11,275 nt of DNA from Octopus sinensis (taxonomy: Eukaryota). Below are positions 9,700-11,275 of the stretch, piece by piece. The position numbers were made by a program, and so were the translations under genes. Every line of letters begins with the position of its first letter. Position 1 is the stretch's first letter. The DNA is taken from positions 1 to 11,275 of the forward strand of contig NW_021826723.1 in NCBI RefSeq assembly GCF_006345805.1. Reading direction: 5' to 3'. The notes below the pieces were generated by a model. The model worked only from the letters and a program-made list of their open reading frames with translations. It did no database searches and was not told where the DNA came from.

Positions 9700-10500
9700 A
9701 TTTTCACTGTGTATGTGCATGTGTGTGTGTGTGTGTCTGTGAAGGCAAGTATGTCGGCTGATATAACTTTGTGCGTATTTGTATTTTTGTATTAACTGTG
9801 TTTGCGGCTGTTTGCATATGGGCGCGTGTGTATGTGCATATGTATTTGCACGTATTTGTGTGTGTAAATGTATAGACGCATGTGTGTGTGTGTCAGTGTA
9901 TGGACGCATGTATGTGTGTATCTATTGGCCTTTATTCCTCTGTGTGTGCGCGTGTTTGTTTGTGTGTGTGTACGTATATAAGTATATAAGTGAGTGAGTG
10001 TTTGCTTCCATCGTGTCAGTATATGGACGCATGTATGTGTGTATGTATTGGCTTTTATTTGTATGTGTGTACGCGTGTTTGTTTGTGCGTGTGTACGTAT
10101 ACGTTTGTGTGTGTGTACGTGTCTGTTCGTTTGTGTGTGTGTACGTGTGTACGTTTGTGTGTGTGTGTACGTGTGTACGTTTGTGTGTGTGTGTACGTTT
10201 GTGTGTGTGTAGTATATGCGAGTGTTTGCTTACATAGTTGTATATGTACGAATGTGTATGTATTTACGTGTATTTTTCTACCTGTGTGCGAACGTGTCTG
10301 TAAATGTGTATGTGTCAGTTTGTGTAATTGCGTATCTCTGTGCGTGTGTATGTGTATGTTCTCGTGTGCATTTCTATGTATTTTCTTGTGTGTATGTCTG
10401 TGTACCACGTGTGCATGTGTGTACTTTTGTGCATGTATATGTACATGTGTATGCGTATGAAGTAATACGTGTGTCTGTGTATGTGCGTGTCAATGTGTTT
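9700..10500. repeat. Degenerate (TG)n-derived low-complexity region with a 123-bp-period duplication and a ~26-bp minisatellite
   Basis: tggacgcatgtatgtgtgtat.tattggc.tttatt at 9901 and 10024; repeated acgtttgtgtgtgtgt(gt)acgtgt units at ~10101-10210. Confidence 0.85.
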
Positions 10501-10571
10501 GAGTTCGTGTTTATTTGTCTCCGTAAGTTTCTCTTCAGTAGTAATATTGATTCCAGTATAGCACGTAATGT

Positions 10572-10875
10572 GGAGGCGCAATGGCCCAGTGGTTAGGGCA
10601 GAGGACTCGCGGTTTCGATTCCCAGACCAGGCGTTGTGTGTGTTTATTGAGCGAAAACACCTAAAGCTCCACGAGGCCCCGGCAGGCTGGGGGATGGTGA
10701 CCCCTGTCGAACTCTTTCGCCCCAACTTTCTCTCACTCTTTCTTCTTGTTTCTTGAGTAACGCTGCGATAGACTGGCGTCTCGTCCGGCTGGAGGGAACA
10801 TATACGCCACAGAAACCGGGAAACCGGGCCCATGAGCCTGGCTAGGCTTGAAAAGGGCGCATAAATAAAAAAAAA
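10572..10875 (+). mobile_element. Full-length tRNA-derived SINE (Pol III A/B boxes, central domain, A-rich tail)
   Basis: A box TGGCCCAGTGG at 10582-10592; B-box-like GGTTTCGATTCC at 10611-10622; GC-rich body; tail ATAAATAAAAAAAAA at 10861-10875. No adjacent TSD found. Confidence 0.85.
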
Positions 10876-10889
10876 GAAGTTTCTGAGTA

Positions 10890-11075
10890 AGCACATGTGT
10901 ATGCATATATGTGTTTGTGTATATATGTGTGTATGAATCTTTGTATGCTTGTGAGTATGCATATGAATGTGTGCGGGTATTTGTGTGTGTGTGTGTTTAT
11001 ATCTGAGAGTGTGTATGTATGCGTTTCTATACATCCATGTGCTTGTATGCGTATTTAAAAGGTATATATATATTT
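10890..11075. repeat. Degenerate (TG)/(TA) low-complexity sequence
   Basis: Alternating purine-pyrimidine repeats. Confidence 0.8.
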
Positions 11076-11080
11076 TTTTT

Positions 11081-11140
11081 ATCTTTTATTCTTTTACATG
11101 TTTCACTCATTTGACTGCGGCCATGCTGGAGCGCCGCCTT
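11081..11140 (-). mobile_element. 60-bp 3' terminal fragment of the same SINE family as 5789-5995
   Basis: The minus strand reads AAGGCGGCGCTCCAGCATGGCCGCAGTCAAATGAGTGAAACATGTAAAAGAATAAAAGAT, with an (AAAGAAT)-type tail; about 78% identical to 5789-5847. Confidence 0.75.
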
Positions 11141-11275
11141 TTGTGTATTATTATTTCTGTATTTTTATTTTGTGTATTTGCATTTCCGTGTGTAATATGC
11201 GTAAATGCATTTTGTGTATATTTGAGCGCATGCGCGATTGTGTTTGCATGAATATGCTTGTATTAGTGGGCACGC

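Noticed and set aside
9888-10210. CRISPR-like repeat/spacer array
   Set aside because: The units are microsatellite-derived with no unique spacers, the context is eukaryotic, and there are no cas genes.
10572-10630. tRNA gene
   Set aside because: A and B boxes are present but there is no complete cloverleaf, and the sequence continues into a SINE body and A-tail.
10526-10884. aagtttct on both sides of the SINE as a TSD
   Set aside because: The upstream copy is ~40 nt away from the SINE head, so it is not a valid TSD.
9990-11034. ORFs of 117-239 aa
   Set aside because: TG-repeat translations plus read-through of a SINE.

Overview
This is AT-rich, microsatellite-saturated eukaryotic non-coding DNA (intron or intergenic). 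The short repeat families resemble those I recall from octopus (cephalopod) genomes, but that assignment is an inference. I find no supportable protein-coding gene: nearly all listed ORFs are translations of (TA)n/(CA)n/(TG)n/(TCTA)n tracts, and the rest are short frames across mobile elements or unique DNA with no recognisable domain. The non-microsatellite content is a set of small mobile elements: (1) two related ~200-bp elements in inverted, divergent orientation (8371-8560 minus, 8625-8835 plus), each carrying a minimal hammerhead-ribozyme core of the Penelope/retrozyme type; (2) a complete 440-bp non-autonomous Helitron (6012-6451, minus) next to, and probably nested in, the microsatellite of a decayed SINE; (3) a full-length tRNA-headed SINE with a shortened A-to-B-box spacing (10572-10875); (4) two 3' fragments of a second SINE family (5789-5995, 11081-11140); (5) a probable LINE 3' end embedded in a (TCTA)n array (3215-3526). 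The paired hammerhead elements are the most interesting signal.
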